Origin: Patescibacteria group bacterium
Lineage (GTDB): Bacteria > Patescibacteriota > Minisyncoccia > Phycocordibacterales > UBA9973
Assembly (NCBI GenBank): GCA_028865035.1
Contig: JAGWLB010000002.1
Location: 49,531 to 113,530, forward strand
Direction of reading: 5' to 3'
DNA: 64,000 nt
Position numbers and translations under genes: made by a program. The notes beneath the pieces are model-generated. The model saw only the letters and a list, made by a program, of their open reading frames with translations, ran no database searches and was not told where the DNA came from. This document shows positions 52,084 to 62,937 of the stretch, piece after piece; the first letter of the stretch is position 1, and every line of letters starts with the position of its first letter.

Positions 52084-53493
52084 ATGAGAAAAATAATTCA
52101 AGGAGGAATGGGTATTTATATTGCAACCCCTGGTCTCACAAAGGCTTCGTCAATTAATGATGATGCTTTAGGTACATTGTCCTGCACTGCCGCAGAGCGT
52201 ATAGTGCCACATATTCTTCAGATGGGTGACCCTAACGAAGATATACGTAGAGCTTTTAGTTATTTCCCTTTTCAGGAAGTTACTGATGGGATCCTTAAAA
52301 AATATTTTATCAAAGGTGGAAAACCCCCAAATAAAAATTTTAAAAGAGTACCAGCTTTCAGTATGTACCCTCGAGCGGATTTAATAAAGCTCACAGTTGC
52401 TTCTAGTTTCGCTCTTACTTGGCTTGCTAAAGAAGGGCATAGTAACCCGATTAGTGTGAATTATCTAGAGAAGATTCAGATTCCGCACATCTACCATATC
52501 ACTGGAATGATGTTAGCTGGTGCTGACTTCATAACTATGGGGGCAGGGATTACTCGTCAAATACCGTCAGTTCTAGATGCTATTGCATCAGGTGGTACCC
52601 CTAGCTACCGAGTACTAGTAGAAGGGAGTAAAGAGGGAACTAAGACTATTAGTTTTAACCCACGCTCATTTTTTGGTGGAGAATTCCCAAAAGATTTAAA
52701 ACGTCCCGACTTTTTACCCATCATATCATTAGATAGGTTAGCTTCAATTATGGTTGCAAAGTTACCAGCGAATAGTATTCAGGGCTTTGTGATTGAACTA
52801 CCGACTGCCGGTGGGCACAATGCCCCACCACGACAAAAAGGTATTTTCGATAATAAGGGTCAGCCAATTTACGGAAAGGAAGATGAAGTTAACTTTAGTA
52901 ATCTTCAGGATTTAGGTATACCATTTTGGATTGCAGGTTCATATGCTTCACCACAGGGTTTGATTAAGGCTCAATCACTCGGTGCTGTAGGTATCCAAGC
53001 CGGTTCAATTTTTGCACTTTCTGATGATTCTGGTATGGATCCAGTTTACCGAAAAGAAATCAGAAGACTTGGGTATAGGAACGAATTAATCATAAGAACT
53101 GATCCAAATGCTTCGCCTACTGGTTTTCCATTTAAAGTCATACAATTACCTGGTACACAATCTGAAGAGAATGTATACAATAATCGTAAAAGAATTTGCG
53201 ACCGTTCTGCACTTATCGTGCCTTACCAGCAAGAAAATGGCAAAGTTGGTTTCCGCTGTGCTAGTGAACCAGTGGAAGATTATAAGAGTAAAGGAGGTAA
53301 GATAGAAGATACGATAGGCGCAAGATGTCTATGTAATGGACTGTTTAGTGCCTCAGGAATTGGTAATCCAAATGAAAAGCCAATTTTCACTATGGGTGAT
53401 GACGTGAGTTTCCTTCGTTATCTTATGAAAGATGAGAACGATTCCTACAATGCTTCAGATGCGATAAAGTATTTGTTAGGTACAAAAATGTAG
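52084..53493 (+). CDS. Nitronate monooxygenase / 2-nitropropane dioxygenase family flavoprotein
   Basis: IIQGGMG, MGAGI, AGGHNAPPR, GIQAGS.FA, CLCNGL. Confidence 0.88.
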   Translation: MRKIIQGGMGIYIATPGLTKASSINDDALGTLSCTAAERIVPHILQMGDPNEDIRRAFSYFPFQEVTDGILKKYFIKGGKPPNKNFKRVPAFSMYPRADLIKLTVASSFALTWLAKEGHSNPISVNYLEKIQIPHIYHITGMMLAGADFITMGAGITRQIPSVLDAIASGGTPSYRVLVEGSKEGTKTISFNPRSFFGGEFPKDLKRPDFLPIISLDRLASIMVAKLPANSIQGFVIELPTAGGHNAPPRQKGIFDNKGQPIYGKEDEVNFSNLQDLGIPFWIAGSYASPQGLIKAQSLGAVGIQAGSIFALSDDSGMDPVYRKEIRRLGYRNELIIRTDPNASPTGFPFKVIQLPGTQSEENVYNNRKRICDRSALIVPYQQENGKVGFRCASEPVEDYKSKGGKIEDTIGARCLCNGLFSASGIGNPNEKPIFTMGDDVSFLRYLMKDENDSYNASDAIKYLLGTKM

Positions 53494-53556
53494 TTTAATT
53501 AAATTTTTAAAAAGCAAAACACTCCGAATGTTTCGGAGTGTTTTTTAATTATTATT

Positions 53557-54540
53557 TTATTTAGTGTTTGGGTTTAAGATGGCACCGGTCATAGGTATAA
53601 AGTATACGCCTACATCTTTCTTTGAGTGGACACGACCGTCCTTGTCTTTGGTGTAGATGTATAACACCTGACCTCTCTTAAATGGTTGTCCGACTGGTAT
53701 AACCATAGTCCCGTTTGGTTTTAGCTGATCAATAAGAGCTGGTGGTACATATTTTGCTGCCGCTGTAACAATGATAATATCGAAACCACCTTTGACTTCA
53801 GGCCAACCATAGAAGCCATCACCAACACGAGCTTGAATATTGTTATAACCTAGAGGTTTATAAATCTGATCGACTGCTTGACCTAAAGGTTTAATAATTT
53901 CAATAGTATATACTTGTTTTACTATACGTGAAAGAATAGCACTTTGGTAACCACTACCAGTACCTATTTCAAGTACTACATCGTCTGGTTTTGGTTTAGC
54001 TATCTGAGTCATATACATTTGTCCAAGGTAATCAGACAAAGCAGATCCCCAGCCAATTGGCCAAGGCTTTACTTTTGAAGCTGGGTTTTCATAAGTAACA
54101 TCAGCAAATGATCGGTTCTCTTGGTATTGATATTGGAAATATTCACGAGGGACTTCATTGAAAGCTTTTTCAACTGCAGGATCAGCAGTTCCAAACTTTT
54201 GCTTTAAATAAGTATCTACAATGTCATTTGCAATTGATTTCCTTTTTTGTATTTCATCAAATATATTCTGATCAATCCCTGGGTTTCTACCACTTTCAGT
54301 CATAAGACTCTGGTAACGATCAAAGGTCCAGCTTGGTGATGAAGCATCAACGGCTACAGATGAACCTTCCACCTGAGAACCTGGCGTAGAGCTTGTTGTA
54401 TTTGCTGATACGGCACTAGTATTATCGGCAGTATTTTTCTGGTTATTTACTTTGGACTTTGATTTATAAGCTATTAAAACTATTATTAAGAAAACTACTA
54501 TTATTAGTAAAGCAAGAACCTTTGATTTTTTATATTTCAT
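53557..54540 (-). CDS. pcm: Protein-L-isoaspartate O-methyltransferase with N-terminal membrane anchor
   Basis: VPRE.F, VLEIGTGSGYQSA.L, GDG.YGWP, IIVTAA, QLKPNG.MVIPVG. Confidence 0.88.
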   Translation of the reverse strand: MKYKKSKVLALLIIVVFLIIVLIAYKSKSKVNNQKNTADNTSAVSANTTSSTPGSQVEGSSVAVDASSPSWTFDRYQSLMTESGRNPGIDQNIFDEIQKRKSIANDIVDTYLKQKFGTADPAVEKAFNEVPREYFQYQYQENRSFADVTYENPASKVKPWPIGWGSALSDYLGQMYMTQIAKPKPDDVVLEIGTGSGYQSAILSRIVKQVYTIEIIKPLGQAVDQIYKPLGYNNIQARVGDGFYGWPEVKGGFDIIIVTAAAKYVPPALIDQLKPNGTMVIPVGQPFKRGQVLYIYTKDKDGRVHSKKDVGVYFIPMTGAILNPNTK

Positions 54541-54541
54541 A

Positions 54542-57013
54542 TTAATTTTTTGTGATTTCGGGATAAGTTATAAAGACAATTATATAGAAAATAATTGATA
54601 ATGCAAGTATACTCTTATAACCCAAGGAAAGTATTATAATACTAGCGAGGGGAGTTGCAATAACAGAGAATGATCCGTTAATACTCCAAGCCCAAGGTAA
54701 AAGATATTCTCTTTCTCCTCTAAACAGTGAAAGACCTAGGGAAAACGGGAAACCCAGTGCAACTGAAAGTGGTGCAATCATAACAACAAGGAATAAATAC
54801 TTTAAGAAAATTGACACAGACATTAAACTCAATAGTATCGGATCTAAGAAAAAGTACATAGCTATAACCCAGATCAGTATTACAGAACATACTAATAGTA
54901 ATCCACGACGTGGCTTGTCTAAATATTTTTCTGACATAAAACTTCCTATACCTGAGAATATAAGCATTGTTGCAATTACTGCTGCGAATCCATACATACT
55001 ATCGCTTAGTAAGAATGATGCTTTTCCTATAAGATAGATTTCAATAAAAAAGAATCCTAAACCTAAACCAGAGAAATACAAAATAGGTTTTATTATGTCT
55101 TTAGCTTTTGGTAAATACTTGCGCCAACGAATCAATGGAAGAAGTAATATGATTATTGCTATGATTATTGATTGCACCAGAACAGCCAGGTTTACCAATG
55201 ATCCCATATTCTTCTCAGGTACGAGCTCAATATTATTCAATATACTTTTTAGTTTAGATATACGTAATATTGAATAGAAATCAGGTTGATCAAATGTTAA
55301 TGGTTTAATTCTAAAAAAATTATTCTTCAGAAATTCGGTATGTTGATTTGAGAATAATTTTAAAATATCATCTCTTAACGAATCTGATACCCCGTCATTA
55401 TTGGTAACAGTATTATTGCTTGGTTCAAAAGATATTGCTGGTAAGTCATTCCAAACATTAATATTTTTATTTATACCATTAAAATATGATATATCGAATG
55501 AGCGTTTATTTGTGAACTCACTTAACTTCTGTATATCACTTTTTGTAAATACAGACGGAGAAACTAAGATACGATCATTCCAGCTTGAGCGATATACTAA
55601 CACATGATCTTGTGGCGAACTGATACCCATAGATTCGAGCGTTTGATATATAGTTTCAATTATTTTTAATGAATATGCAGTTGAATCACGAATAGAATCT
55701 GGTATAGATAGTACACCATCATTTTTAAGCATATTCATATAACCGTGAATAGCTTCAGATGTAAATGCATATTTATTGGAATCAGATTGATCTAAGAAAT
55801 TAGAAGCGATATCTATAATATCAAATTTGTTTTTATTTCCAGATTCTATAGATAGAGGAGTAGTTTCTAATAGTTTTATTTGGGGGTTAGTTAATATGCT
55901 TGATACAGAATTATTGTTTTTTACTAAAGAATATATTACTGGGTCAGGCTCTAAGGCGGTCAAAGAGTTTACTCCGAGTTGATCTGCTCTTAAAATATTA
56001 AAACCACCTTGAGTTCCTACAAGTAATACAGAAGCTTTTGGTTTAAGATAATAAGGGAATACTCCTAACGTAGCTGGAATATAAGTACCGCTATAATTTT
56101 CATCTTTAGGAATAGATGCGATACGATCACCGTCTTTATATAATCCATATGTAATTGGTGGCTCAGTTGCATTAATTAACTTTGCGTTGTTAGAAAAATC
56201 TACATTAAGACGCTCGGTAAAATTATCTAATATAAGGAAATATCCTCGAGGTGAAAGGATTTCTTTTTTGACTTTATTGCCTTGCACATGCATAGATGCA
56301 AAAATAGCCTTGTACTCATTAAAATCAGCTTGGTTATATTTAACAATAGATACCTCACATACTATTGTTAGCAAAATAAATATCACTAAAAATATGCCAC
56401 GTTTCATCCTAAATGGCGAAGATTGGAAGATAACAGCAATAATAAGTAATGGTAATAATATTGTTAAAAGTAAGAAAGGATGAATCCAGAACATTACGAC
56501 TAATATGAATAATGTTCCTACGCCAGCACCAACAAGATCAGCTGCGTACACACGGGGTATGGATTTAAGTCCAAACATAAAGTACAAACCTATGTACAAT
56601 CCAGTAGTAAAAAAGAAGGGGAAGAGAGCCCCGTAATATTTCCATATGTTAATAAGTTGTGCTAGCCAAGTGTTAGGATCTTGAAATTCTAGAGGATTGA
56701 AAGGAATAATTGTAATGGCCAAGTAGCCTAGAGTAGCAGTAACTAAAAGTATTAAAGGTATTATAGAAAGTAATTGTTTTGTATGCTTTTCAAAAAAATT
56801 TTTAAATATACTTAGTATTACACCACTAACAGCAAATCCGACCATAGTAATAGAAATAACCCAGTAACTATATTGTGACCAGCTTGTAATACTAAAATAA
56901 CGAGTTAAGGTCATCTCAAAACCAACAGCTACGGCTGAAATAATAAAAATTGGAACTAATGATATTCTCTCTAATGCATTGCCGTTAGGCTTTTTAAAAA
57001 TAAATTTAAACAT
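54542..57013 (-). CDS. Multi-TM protein with central spermidine-synthase-like SAM-binding domain
   Basis: TM blocks at both ends; YAADLVGAG; VLLVG..GG...ALEPDP; WAWSING.FSV. Confidence 0.8.
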   Translation of the reverse strand: MFKFIFKKPNGNALERISLVPIFIISAVAVGFEMTLTRYFSITSWSQYSYWVISITMVGFAVSGVILSIFKNFFEKHTKQLLSIIPLILLVTATLGYLAITIIPFNPLEFQDPNTWLAQLINIWKYYGALFPFFFTTGLYIGLYFMFGLKSIPRVYAADLVGAGVGTLFILVVMFWIHPFLLLTILLPLLIIAVIFQSSPFRMKRGIFLVIFILLTIVCEVSIVKYNQADFNEYKAIFASMHVQGNKVKKEILSPRGYFLILDNFTERLNVDFSNNAKLINATEPPITYGLYKDGDRIASIPKDENYSGTYIPATLGVFPYYLKPKASVLLVGTQGGFNILRADQLGVNSLTALEPDPVIYSLVKNNNSVSSILTNPQIKLLETTPLSIESGNKNKFDIIDIASNFLDQSDSNKYAFTSEAIHGYMNMLKNDGVLSIPDSIRDSTAYSLKIIETIYQTLESMGISSPQDHVLVYRSSWNDRILVSPSVFTKSDIQKLSEFTNKRSFDISYFNGINKNINVWNDLPAISFEPSNNTVTNNDGVSDSLRDDILKLFSNQHTEFLKNNFFRIKPLTFDQPDFYSILRISKLKSILNNIELVPEKNMGSLVNLAVLVQSIIIAIIILLLPLIRWRKYLPKAKDIIKPILYFSGLGLGFFFIEIYLIGKASFLLSDSMYGFAAVIATMLIFSGIGSFMSEKYLDKPRRGLLLVCSVILIWVIAMYFFLDPILLSLMSVSIFLKYLFLVVMIAPLSVALGFPFSLGLSLFRGEREYLLPWAWSINGSFSVIATPLASIIILSLGYKSILALSIIFYIIVFITYPEITKN

Positions 57014-57187
57014 AAATAAGCTAGATTATATCATTAAATTGTTTAAATGCTAATGTGTTCATTTTCGGTATTCTTATAATCTTATAGTTTATTGTTTTAC
57101 TATCCTACACTAATTACAATAAATTAACCATAATATGTTTATGGTTAATTTATTGTAAAAATATTCAATTATAATAAGATATAAAAT

Positions 57188-58396
57188 CTAATTAAAAATC
57201 TTATACCGTGTATAATACCCCACAACTCCATCTGGTGAAAGTCCATAGTTTTGTTGAAAGGTAATAACTGCACTCCTTGTTTGGTAATCAAAATAGGCAT
57301 TAAGATTACTACTGCTAAGATAACCCAAGTTGTATAAGTAAGATTGTAAACAATATACATCGTCGCCAGTCATTCCTAAATATAAATTAGTTGAGAACCT
57401 GCATGATGGTTTTTGATTTGTGTTGTTATATGAGTATTGAGTGTTTATATTTTGAGTATATACAGGACTATAACCAGTAACAGTGATATAAATAGTATTA
57501 CAATTATTTGTATTTGTCTGACAAAGTGAAATACTAGTCGATCCAGCTGAATTAGCAGATATCAATGCAGACGTATTGTTGCTTGTATACATTGAACAAG
57601 GTTGTCCTGTTGTTACACTATATAGCGATGTCAAAGTACATCCAGGAACTAAATTTGATATCTGAACTGAAGCTATATTAGGATTTGAATTAGTAGATAC
57701 ATACAATCCTTGGTTGTTAGAAGTAGAAATAGTGGCAGAACTTCCTATGGGAATGATAAGTGTTGAAAGATTAAGATTTTGATTATTATAAGAATAATAA
57801 TAATTACTACCACTAACTGTAACATAAACGGTTCCGCAGTAATTCATTGAACCACTCTGACAAATTGTAATAGATGAACTTCCTGTGCTATTTGCATAAA
57901 AAGTAATAACATTACCATTAATCGATGGTGTAACTACATTCGGATTAGAATTTGTTGATACATAAAGAGAACCGACGGTAGTATTATATACAGTAATAGT
58001 AGAAGTTTGGCCTACATAAAGTGAAAGATTACTTTGGCTAAGCGAAAGATTGTTGTACGAATAATAAGGCCATAATACAGATGCGGACTGTTGACCATTA
58101 ACTATGACATAAACAGAAGTACCAGTTGTTATACCGTAATCACCAGTGTTCAAAGTTCCTGAATAGTAACCATTATAGTTTGTACTTCCTATAAATCTAT
58201 TTTGCATGCCATAACTCAGATTATAGTAAAGAGTTATAGTAGAATTTGGATCACCATTAACTGTAATGTAAATAGTATTAGTGTTACCAGTATTAGAAAG
58301 TGATAGTGTAGGTGTCATTGCGTAAGTATAATGAGCAAACAACAAAACAGTTAGAGCAATAACATTCACTATAAAAATTTTTAAATAATTTTTCAT
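57188..58396 (-). CDS. Secreted protein with Ig-like repeats and peptidoglycan-binding domain
   Basis: Signal peptide; repeated 'LYVSTNSNPN'; C-terminal GDDV..LQ...FQ..YGL.PDG.VG..T. Confidence 0.8.
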   Translation of the reverse strand: MKNYLKIFIVNVIALTVLLFAHYTYAMTPTLSLSNTGNTNTIYITVNGDPNSTITLYYNLSYGMQNRFIGSTNYNGYYSGTLNTGDYGITTGTSVYVIVNGQQSASVLWPYYSYNNLSLSQSNLSLYVGQTSTITVYNTTVGSLYVSTNSNPNVVTPSINGNVITFYANSTGSSSITICQSGSMNYCGTVYVTVSGSNYYYSYNNQNLNLSTLIIPIGSSATISTSNNQGLYVSTNSNPNIASVQISNLVPGCTLTSLYSVTTGQPCSMYTSNNTSALISANSAGSTSISLCQTNTNNCNTIYITVTGYSPVYTQNINTQYSYNNTNQKPSCRFSTNLYLGMTGDDVYCLQSYLYNLGYLSSSNLNAYFDYQTRSAVITFQQNYGLSPDGVVGYYTRYKIFN

Positions 58397-58656
58397 ATAA
58401 TAGTATTTATTAATTTCTCTAATAAAATCGACTTTTATTTATAATATACTGTCACAAAATAGAAATGAGCTTCATGCTGCCTAACACGTATATTATAAAA
58501 CTATAGTCAAATAAAGTCATCTGTTATTGATATATCATAGGATATTTTTTGATTTATTAAAATGTTCATATTTATATTGATATATTTTACACATAATAGG
58601 TAATATAAAATTTTTTATCCATAATATTGACAACATAATTGTTGCCACAGATATAG

Positions 58657-58710
58657 AGGTATGCTAAAAGAAAAATTCCTATTAATAGGAATTTTTCTTT
58701 TAGCATACCT
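58657..58710. repeat. 54-bp perfect palindrome (probable terminator)
   Basis: aggtatgctaaaagaaaaattcctatt|aataggaatttttcttttagcatacct. Confidence 0.85.
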
Positions 58711-58714
58711 TGTA

Positions 58715-59206
58715 TTATTCTTGGATCAGGATTGTTGCTACATTTTGAGATGCATCACAATCAACTAGAAGAGTCTTTGATTTTAAGTAAACATCAGGTA
58801 GAACTATAATCTTAAATCCATATGGTTTAATAGTATAGTTGGTACCAATTTTAACTGTACGAGTTTCCGCTGATCGGTTGTCGATCATAATACCAGTGTT
58901 ATCTTTATAAGTCACTGTATTAGGACTAGCTTGACACATGTTATCTAACTGAATTCTTCTGTCTGCATATTTAGCTAATGCATTAGTATAAGATATGGAA
59001 ACAGCTCCTATACCAGTAGTCTGACTGGTGTCTTGTACTGATTCAACCTTATTTGCAGTTTGAGTATTATCAGTAGTACTAGTAGTGTTAGTATTTTCTG
59101 TTACTGGAGCAACTGCGTTTTTATTTCTAAAAACAAAGAATAGAATACCTGCAGCTACTATTATAATAACGACCCACATTAATATGTTTGAATTATTTTT
59201 ATTCAT
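58715..59206 (-). CDS. Membrane-anchored hypothetical protein
   Basis: TM, Thr-rich linker, small beta domain with 2 Cys. Confidence 0.7.
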   Translation of the reverse strand: MNKNNSNILMWVVIIIVAAGILFFVFRNKNAVAPVTENTNTTSTTDNTQTANKVESVQDTSQTTGIGAVSISYTNALAKYADRRIQLDNMCQASPNTVTYKDNTGIMIDNRSAETRTVKIGTNYTIKPYGFKIIVLPDVYLKSKTLLVDCDASQNVATILIQE

Positions 59207-59394
59207 AAATTTATTTATTGTTGTTAAGAATATCTTATCCGTATAATTGACGGACGAGTTCAATTACAGATAAAACAAACTTTCCGAGTACGACTATACC
59301 TCAGAAAATTCACTATATTAATTATAGCCTTGTTTGACTTTAATAGCTATTACTCTAAAATGTGACAAATGTGTTGATTTCTATAGGTATTTAT

Positions 59395-60006
59395 CTACAC
59401 GTTGTTTTTTAATTTAGCGATAATTTTTTTCCAAAAAAGAGATACCCCTAGTACTATTAATAAGAATATAAGCAAACTGAAATTTCCAATTAGGCTATTG
59501 ATTGCTTGCCAGCTGTCTCCAAATATATACCCAAGCATACCGTAGAACATAACGCTAGCTATAGTTCCTAATATTTCAAATGTTAAATATTTTTTGTAGA
59601 CTGTTTTACCAAAACCACAAATAAAATTAATAGTAAGAGTAGAAACAACTTCAAAGCGGCTCACTAATACTAGAGCCCCTGGGTGTTTTACTATGCCTCT
59701 TTCTATTAAAGCAAAATTTTTTGAAATTAATATTCTATTTATGAAACCAATACGAGAAAGAACTTTTCTACCATAAAATCTAGCTAACCAATATGATGTA
59801 TTATCTCCAAGTATGTTTGCTAAAATTACAACAATTAAAACTTTAGTGATACTAAAATATCCTTGGCTTGAAAAAGCAGCAGAAGCTATAAGCAACGTTC
59901 CAGATGGTATTGGTATTGCTAATGCTGCAATAAAAGTAATAATAAATAGTGCTAAATATTTATATATTAATATGTACGGTAAAATAGCCTGTACTAAAAA
60001 ATTCAT
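59395..60006 (-). CDS. DedA family membrane protein
   Basis: IPIPS, GD..SYWLAR.YG, SRF. Confidence 0.85.
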   Translation of the reverse strand: MNFLVQAILPYILIYKYLALFIITFIAALAIPIPSGTLLIASAAFSSQGYFSITKVLIVVILANILGDNTSYWLARFYGRKVLSRIGFINRILISKNFALIERGIVKHPGALVLVSRFEVVSTLTINFICGFGKTVYKKYLTFEILGTIASVMFYGMLGYIFGDSWQAINSLIGNFSLLIFLLIVLGVSLFWKKIIAKLKNNV

Positions 60007-60007
60007 A

Positions 60008-60418
60008 TTAATTGGAATGCTGATAATTAGTAATAGCTTGTTTTATTTCAAATATAAATACTGACGGACTAATATTTTTTCGTTTTACATACTCGCTGAT
60101 ACGAATATTAGGATATTTTTTATCGTCAATATTTAGAGAAGTTTTCAGGTAATCTGGTGGTAATTTAAATATGAAATTTAAATAATCAAATGTCATCCAA
60201 ATTCTAATACTATTTATAGTAACAGGAGTACGAAAGTGAGATATATATCCATTATTTATATTCAAATCTTCCGCATTGTCCAGATATTTTACAGATTGAA
60301 TAAACCACAAAAATGATAATATGCATAATATTATCAACAAGATAATCCCCAATTTTTTTAATAACAGATTTTTATATTTGTGAAATTTATTCATATGTAT
60401 GTTTATTGTATCATTCAA
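60008..60418 (-). CDS. Hypothetical membrane protein
   Basis: TM; 'WMTFDYLN..F.LP..YL' motif; coupled to dedA. Confidence 0.65.
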   Translation of the reverse strand: MNDTINIHMNKFHKYKNLLLKKLGIILLIILCILSFLWFIQSVKYLDNAEDLNINNGYISHFRTPVTINSIRIWMTFDYLNFIFKLPPDYLKTSLNIDDKKYPNIRISEYVKRKNISPSVFIFEIKQAITNYQHSN

Positions 60419-60556
60419 ACAAAAACTAAAATAGTACGTAAATCATAGTACAATCTAGAAGAGGTGATTTGTTGACATATCTAGTAATATTATGTAATAT
60501 TTACACATAAATACTAATTTATGTGTTTATTTATTATTTAATAAGAGATAATATAT

Positions 60557-61264
60557 ATGTCTAATAAAACTAATAATTTCAGCATAAATGTTTTACTCAC
60601 AATACTTTTTCTTGCAACTTTTATAGCAAGTGGTTTCATAATTAATAGCAAAATTGTATTTGCAGATACGACATCTTTAACTGCTACTGCTTCTCATATA
60701 GCATCTACAAAAACAATTATTTATGGGTTTAACGAACCTGTTCAACTCATTAGCCAATCTGATGGTCTTGCGTATCCTTTTACTAAAGACAAGTTTGCTA
60801 TTTACAAAGTAGATGCAAATGATAATTATAATTTATCGTCAAAAGCAAATGTAGATATTACTTCAGTTAGTTTGTCTTCAAATACGCTAACTATCACATA
60901 CTCTGGATCTCTCACACAAAGTACAAATACTAATTACATAGCAGATGCAATGGGTTATAATATTTCTGATTTAAATGGTAATAAGATTGAAAAATCAAAA
61001 CAAGTGTTTACTGTTGCTGGCAATCCTCAAAAAGTTCTCGGAGCAGAAACATTTCATTTCACACAATTCCTTAAGATAAACTCAAGAGGGAATGATGTTA
61101 TTGAACTTCAGAAATTTTTAAATTTAAATGGATATAATTGTGGTTTAGCAGATGGAATATATGGACCCAATACCAAGAATGCAGTTATGAAATTCCAAAA
61201 TGCTAATGGTTTGACAAGTGACGGTATGGTTGGTATTCAGACTCGTGGTGTATTAAATAAATAA
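60557..61264 (+). CDS. Secreted peptidoglycan-binding domain protein
   Basis: G.DV.ELQ..L...GY.....DG.YG..T..AV..FQ...GL..DG.VG..TR. Confidence 0.85.
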   Translation: MSNKTNNFSINVLLTILFLATFIASGFIINSKIVFADTTSLTATASHIASTKTIIYGFNEPVQLISQSDGLAYPFTKDKFAIYKVDANDNYNLSSKANVDITSVSLSSNTLTITYSGSLTQSTNTNYIADAMGYNISDLNGNKIEKSKQVFTVAGNPQKVLGAETFHFTQFLKINSRGNDVIELQKFLNLNGYNCGLADGIYGPNTKNAVMKFQNANGLTSDGMVGIQTRGVLNK

Positions 61265-61369
61265 TTTGTAAAGTCTACCTAGAAAACCCTGCATTTTAAT
61301 GCAGGGTTTTCTAATGTATAATAAATATGTATTTTTATACTCGAGATATGCTTAACAGATTCTTTATAT

Positions 61370-62038
61370 ATGAATGATAAGATAAAACAAATTGAAAATA
61401 TTGAAGATGTAGTTAACTATGTTTCTTCAGTTATAAATGAAAAACTACAACTTGGTAGAAATGTTCTTTGGTTTGTCTCAGGGGGTTCGGCTATTTCTCT
61501 CGAAGTTGCTATAGCTAAAAGAATTAATGTATTCGAGGCTAATAAATTAGCCGTAACTCTTGCAGACGAAAGATTTGTTAAAATAAATGACCCAGAATCA
61601 AATTGGTTTAAGTTAATTAAGGCAGGTTTTAGTATTAAAGATGCTAAATTCATACCTTTTTTGAAAGGAAAGAGTTTTACAGAAACAACGAATAGTATAA
61701 AAGAAGTATTAGAAGTAGAATTAAATAATGCTCAATATAAAATAGGAATATTTGGTATAGGAGCGGACGGTCATACGGCTGGTATTTTGCCTCACAGTAA
61801 AGCAATAAATAGTAAAGATATAATTTGTAATTATGAAACTGATTTGTATAATCGCATTACAATTACACCTAAAACTATTTCTATGCTAGACGAAGCAATT
61901 ATATCTGCAGTTGGTGAGTCAAAATGGAAAGTAATAAAAGATTTAGAACATTCTATACCCGTAAATGATATGCCTGCTCAAATTTTGAAACAAATACCAT
62001 TATTAACAATATTTACTGATTTTAAAAATAATATATGA
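61370..62038 (+). CDS. pgl: 6-phosphogluconolactonase
   Basis: SGGS, DER, SN, GIGADGHTAG, RIT; in operon with gnd and zwf. Confidence 0.85.
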   Translation: MNDKIKQIENIEDVVNYVSSVINEKLQLGRNVLWFVSGGSAISLEVAIAKRINVFEANKLAVTLADERFVKINDPESNWFKLIKAGFSIKDAKFIPFLKGKSFTETTNSIKEVLEVELNNAQYKIGIFGIGADGHTAGILPHSKAINSKDIICNYETDLYNRITITPKTISMLDEAIISAVGESKWKVIKDLEHSIPVNDMPAQILKQIPLLTIFTDFKNNI

Positions 62039-62937
62039 AAATTGCAATAATTGGTCTAGGTAAAATGGGTTCTCAAATTGCTTCCAAATTACATAATGCT
62101 GGTCAAACAGTGATAGTTTACGACAGAAATGCAGATACTATAGATGAAATGAAGAAGTTGGGAATGATAGGTTCTAGTACAAAAGAAGAAGTTATTTCTG
62201 CTTTTTTAGATGATCAAGTTATTGTTTGGTTTATGATACCGTCTGAAATTATTGATAATGAATTAAGTATCTGGTTGAAGCTAATTCCAAACGGAAGTAT
62301 TTTGATTGACGGAGGGAATTCTAAATGGACTGACACAAAAAGAAGGGCTGAAGTTGTATCGAATAATGGATCAGCGCTTATTGACGTTGGCACAAGTGGT
62401 GGTATCTGGGGTTATCAAAATGGTTTTTCTATGATGGTTGGTGGTGATAAAAACTCTTTTAATATTATCAAACCCATACTTGATATATTAGAAAAACCAA
62501 GCGGAAAATATGAATATTTCGGTGAGAGTGGCTCAGGTCATTATGTTAAAATGATACATAACGCAATTGAATATGGAATGATGGAAAGTTTTGCCGAAGG
62601 TTATCGATTACTTAAGGAAGGTCCCTATAGAAATCTAGATTTAGTTAAGGCTGGTAATGTGTGGCAGCATCATAGTGTTATTACTTCTTGGCTTAATGAA
62701 TTGACTATGAATATTATTAGCAATAATCCCAATCAAGATGGAGTATCTGGTGTGGTTAAGGAATCAGGAGAAACACGTTGGGCTTTAGAAGTTGCCAAAG
62801 AGTATAATATAGAAACAAGTGTCATCTCAGCTGCTTTTGATGTTAGATTAGATTCACAAAAAGGTAAAGTTAATTTTGCTACCAAAATATTATCATCTAT
62901 GCGTAATGCTTTTGGAGGCCATAAAATAAATGAATAA
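62035..62937 (+). CDS. gnd: 6-phosphogluconate dehydrogenase (decarboxylating, short type)
   Basis: GLGKMG, IDGGNS, GTSGG, GHYVKMIHNAIEYG, RNAFGGH. Confidence 0.96.
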   Translation: MKIAIIGLGKMGSQIASKLHNAGQTVIVYDRNADTIDEMKKLGMIGSSTKEEVISAFLDDQVIVWFMIPSEIIDNELSIWLKLIPNGSILIDGGNSKWTDTKRRAEVVSNNGSALIDVGTSGGIWGYQNGFSMMVGGDKNSFNIIKPILDILEKPSGKYEYFGESGSGHYVKMIHNAIEYGMMESFAEGYRLLKEGPYRNLDLVKAGNVWQHHSVITSWLNELTMNIISNNPNQDGVSGVVKESGETRWALEVAKEYNIETSVISAAFDVRLDSQKGKVNFATKILSSMRNAFGGHKINE

